Program-made: the position numbers and the translations under genes
Part shown: piece after piece, positions 35,082 through 38,114 of the stretch
Position numbering within the stretch: position 1 is the first letter of the stretch
Layout: each line of letters starts with the position of its first letter
Notes under the pieces: generated by a model
Seen by the model: the letters and a program-made list of their open reading frames with translations, nothing else
What the model was told of the DNA's origin: nothing
The model's database searches: none
DNA from: an uncultured Rikenellaceae bacterium
GTDB taxonomy: Bacteria > Bacteroidota > Bacteroidia > Bacteroidales > VadinHA17
Assembly: GCA_964403185.1 (NCBI GenBank)
Contig: CAYOFK010000004.1
Location: 1-38,114 of the forward strand
DNA: 38,114 nucleotides
Direction: 5' to 3'

Positions 35082-36317
35082 TTAAAGAATTAACAAAATA
35101 TCAACAATGGATTTGGTGGCTCCCAGGTGATCGTTCACATAAGATTTTGCTATGTTCCCTGATTTTTTAATAGTTTGAGGATTGCTTATAAGGCTGGTCA
35201 GGGTGTTCATTAATTCTTCATAACTTGAAATAGTATAAGCACCCTTATTTTCAATCAGATCATTGGCTTCCTGAAATTTCTTGAAACAGGGTCCGAAAAT
35301 GACCGGAATTCCATATGTAGCCGGCTCCAGAATATTGTGAATACCCTTTCCAAAACCTCCCCCGATATAAGCCAGATGGCCATATCCATACAAAGAGGAT
35401 AACAGGCCGATATTATCAATCAGAAGCACCTTGATATTTTCATCCATATTCTCATCAGCTTCCGAGAACCTGATGAACGGAACTTTCAGATTTGAGGTAA
35501 TATACCGAAGGCGACCTTCGTGAATCTCATGTGGCGCCAGTATCCATTTGGTTCCGGAGTCCGATTCATTAATGTACCTGACCAATAATTCCTCATCTTC
35601 CTTCCAGGTGCTTCCGGCAACAACAACGGTTTTATCACTTGAGAAAGATTCTGCAACGGGAATGGATTTCCTGTTTTCTGCTAAATGAACCACGCGGTCG
35701 AATCGTGTATCTCCGGCTACCATCACATTCTGAAAACCATGTGCTGATAGCAGGGATGCAGACTGCTTGTTCTGAACGAATAAATGTGTGAAATATCCCA
35801 GAACTTTTCGGAATGAGGTTCCGTACCATTTGAAAAACCAGTGCGAGTCCCTGAAATTTGCTGAGATCAAATATGTGGGGATGTTCCTGTTATGCAACTG
35901 CTCCAGGTAATGGTACCAGAATTCATATTTTATAAAAACCGCAAATCCGGGATGAAAATATTCCAGAAACTTCAGGGTGTTGCACTTGAAATCAACAGGC
36001 AAATAAAGAACCCTGTCAGCATATTGGTAATCCTTTCTGATCTCATAACCCGAGGGCGAGAAAAATGTCAATAAAATAAAGGTGTCAGGCTTTTTCTTCC
36101 TGTAGGCTTCAATAACCGGGCGTCCCTGCTCAAACTCACCCAGTGAGGCACAATGAAACCAGGCCACGGGTTTATCAATTCTTTCGCCCGATTTCAGGAT
36201 TGCCCTGCTTTGCCGTTGTCCCATGATCCAAAGCCGGGCTTTCCTGTTAAACAAGGAAGCAGCCAGAATTCCCAGGTAATATCCCCGGATTAACAGACCA
36301 TATACAATATTAAACAT
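35082..36317 (-). CDS. waaA: 3-deoxy-D-manno-octulosonic acid (Kdo) transferase
   Basis: 411 aa. …PVAWFHCASLGEFEQGRPVIEAYRKKKP…LLTFFSPSGYE… and the C-terminal …AYIGGGFGKGIHNILEPATYGIPVIFGP… are typical WaaA/KdtA motifs. Confidence 0.9.
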   Translation of the reverse strand: MFNIVYGLLIRGYYLGILAASLFNRKARLWIMGQRQSRAILKSGERIDKPVAWFHCASLGEFEQGRPVIEAYRKKKPDTFILLTFFSPSGYEIRKDYQYADRVLYLPVDFKCNTLKFLEYFHPGFAVFIKYEFWYHYLEQLHNRNIPTYLISANFRDSHWFFKWYGTSFRKVLGYFTHLFVQNKQSASLLSAHGFQNVMVAGDTRFDRVVHLAENRKSIPVAESFSSDKTVVVAGSTWKEDEELLVRYINESDSGTKWILAPHEIHEGRLRYITSNLKVPFIRFSEADENMDENIKVLLIDNIGLLSSLYGYGHLAYIGGGFGKGIHNILEPATYGIPVIFGPCFKKFQEANDLIENKGAYTISSYEELMNTLTSLISNPQTIKKSGNIAKSYVNDHLGATKSIVDILLIL

Positions 36318-36431
36318 ATTTTGAGTGCCCGTTCAGGAACATAAAACCACGACTAAAAACCTTTTGCGAAAGTAGGAAATTTAACAAAATCTTCCTTTTG
36401 AAAATGAATTATTTCCAAAAGTTTGATTGAA

Positions 36432-37652
36432 TCAGAATGCTGCAAGGAGAAGTTCAATATCTTTCGACATGATCCCGAATTTATTCCCGACAAAACGGTT
36501 GGTAAGGATTCCGTTATAAACATATATTCCTTTTCTGAGTCCGGCATCCTCTCTTAAATGTGTTTGTAAACCACCGGAATTACCAATTTGTAAAAGGATT
36601 GGTGTAAAGACATTGCTTAATGCTATGGAAGCCGTCCTGGCTACCCGTGCGGGTATATTTGAAACTGCATAATGAATAACGTCATGTTTTATAACCACGG
36701 GATTTTTGTGATTGAGGCATTCTGAGGTTTCAACACATCCTCCCTGGTCGATGCTGATATCCACAATCACAGATCCTTTTTTCATCTTTTTCACCATTTC
36801 TTCGGTGATGTAATATCTGGGTCCTTCATCTACCAGGTGCACGGCTCCGATGACAATATCGGCCGATTTCAGAGTTTTTTCAAGAACCTGCGGATGAAAA
36901 ATAGATGTGTGCAGGCGCTGACCTATATGGTTTTGCAGCCGCCTCAATTTATGCACAGAACTGTCAAAAATCTTCACCGTTGCACCCAATCCCAGGGCGG
37001 CCCTGGCAGCAAACTCTGCCGCCGTTCCGGCGCCCAGAATAACCACTTCGGTGGGAGTGATCCCGGTAATGCCACCCAGCAATACACCTTTCCCCTTATG
37101 TACATTACACAGATATTCCGATGCAAGCAAAACAGAAGTAATGCCGGCAATTTCACTCATAGAGCGAACAACCGGGAAGCGGTCATATTGGTCTTTAATG
37201 TTTTCAAATGCAATTCCTGAAATTTTTTTCCTGATCAAATCACGGAAATAAGACTCTTTTTGAGTGGCCACATGAAGGGAAGAGATCAGAACCTGGCTGC
37301 CTTTTAACAGGGCCAGTTCTTTATCCGTAAGTGAGGCTACCTTTAGGATGACATCACTTTGAAAAATCTCCTTGCCCGAGTCAACGATCATCCCTCCGCA
37401 TTCACTGTAATCGGTATCAAGATAACTGGCTTCTTTCCCTGCGTTGGTTTCAATCCTGACCTCATGTCCATTGTTTACCAGTAATTCAACTGCTTCGGGA
37501 GTCAGGCAAACCCTGGTTTCGTATTCAGAAGATTCTCTGGGAATTCCAATCGATAAGGTTTTACTTTTCCTTGCGGTTTCAATCATCTCTTCCTGCGGAA
37601 GCAACCTGCTTCTTCCAAACTTAATACCGGGGTTCTTTTCGGGATCGGTCAT
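36432..37652 (-). CDS. ald: Alanine dehydrogenase-family NAD-dependent enzyme
   Basis: 406 aa. The AlaDH/PNT N-terminal domain is …IGIPRESSEYETRVCLTPEAVELLVNNGHEVRIETNAGKEA…. The Rossmann motif is VVILGAGTAAEFAARAALGLGATVKIFD, followed by …DIVIGAV…. Confidence 0.8.
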   Translation of the reverse strand: MTDPEKNPGIKFGRSRLLPQEEMIETARKSKTLSIGIPRESSEYETRVCLTPEAVELLVNNGHEVRIETNAGKEASYLDTDYSECGGMIVDSGKEIFQSDVILKVASLTDKELALLKGSQVLISSLHVATQKESYFRDLIRKKISGIAFENIKDQYDRFPVVRSMSEIAGITSVLLASEYLCNVHKGKGVLLGGITGITPTEVVILGAGTAAEFAARAALGLGATVKIFDSSVHKLRRLQNHIGQRLHTSIFHPQVLEKTLKSADIVIGAVHLVDEGPRYYITEEMVKKMKKGSVIVDISIDQGGCVETSECLNHKNPVVIKHDVIHYAVSNIPARVARTASIALSNVFTPILLQIGNSGGLQTHLREDAGLRKGIYVYNGILTNRFVGNKFGIMSKDIELLLAAF

Positions 37653-37802
37653 TCCTGTACGTGTTTAAAAATCGTGATTGAAAGGAGTATCCTAAAATAC
37701 GACAATTAAGAAAAGAAATCAAATCAACCCCGGTTATTACTTCGTAAAACCGGTTACTCACCCCATGACTATCAGAGCAGAGGGTTCTGAGAAACCATAA
37801 AT

Positions 37803-38114
37803 CTAAAGGGTTTGATCCACGGAGATGATTCTGGCACCATCTTTCCCAACTTTAACTGATACCCTGACCGTATCCTGGGGCAAAAGGATTTCAATCAATT
37901 CAGGCCATTCGATAAAGCAATAGTTATGCTGGTAAAAATACTCTTCATAGCCAAGATCAAACACTTCGTTGACGGATTCAATCCGGTAAAAATCAAGATG
38001 AAAAACTTTCCTGTTTTGAGATGTTGTGTATTCATTCACCAAAGCAAATGTAGGGCTTGTAACCACATCCTCAACCTGAAGCCGTTTACATAATGCTTTA
38101 ATAAATGTTGTTTT
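37803..38114 (-). CDS. tsaE: tRNA threonylcarbamoyladenosine (t6A) biosynthesis protein TsaE, 5' end outside the window
   Basis: The frame stays open to the window edge: KTTFIKALCKRLQVEDVVTSPTFALVNEY…VFHLDFYRI…CFIEWPELI. KTTF is the end of the Walker A motif, so the M at 38066 in the ORF track is internal. Confidence 0.8.
   Translation of the reverse strand, partial: KTTFIKALCKRLQVEDVVTSPTFALVNEYTTSQNRKVFHLDFYRIESVNEVFDLGYEEYFYQHNYCFIEWPELIEILLPQDTVRVSVKVGKDGARIISVDQTL

Overview
This 38.1-kb window looks like a chromosomal segment of a Bacteroidota-type bacterium. That is an inference from gene content: a CarboxypepD_reg-type TonB-dependent receptor, GlnRS plus GluRS, an ald-tsaE neighbourhood, and starts that mostly lack a Shine-Dalgarno sequence. 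About two thirds is ordinary housekeeping: glnS, gltX, tdh-kbl, a class II ribonucleotide reductase, waaA, ald, partial tsaE, an Ntn-type asparaginase, Skp/OmpH and Hsp20. The stand-out is a tightly packed ~14.8-kb six-gene minus-strand operon (142-14919). In transcription order it encodes an ABC ATPase, an ABC-2-type permease fused to an ~840-aa M1-peptidase-like periplasmic region with no HEXXH motif, a TolC-like outer-membrane protein, a membrane-fusion protein, an RND permease, and a 1574-aa ORF. That last ORF fuses a complete RND permease to six extra TM segments and a complete ABC ATPase domain whose catalytic motifs look intact. I know of no characterised RND-ABC fusion, so this is my candidate for the undescribed system: a hybrid proton-motive-force/ATP tripartite export machine. 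The long intergenic gaps (15710-16070, 27862-28253, 30876-31652 and the window start) are packed with hairpin-module repeats. These include a 52-nt perfect repeat and two inverted-repeat-bounded MITE-like units. Two or three genes look decayed: a frameshifted LpxR-family gene, a GYD gene with a non-homologous N-terminus, and a remnant membrane-protein gene in front of a winged-helix regulator. I recognised no rRNA, tRNA, CRISPR array, transposase, integrase or phage gene. All family assignments come from reading motifs by eye and need HMM/BLAST confirmation.
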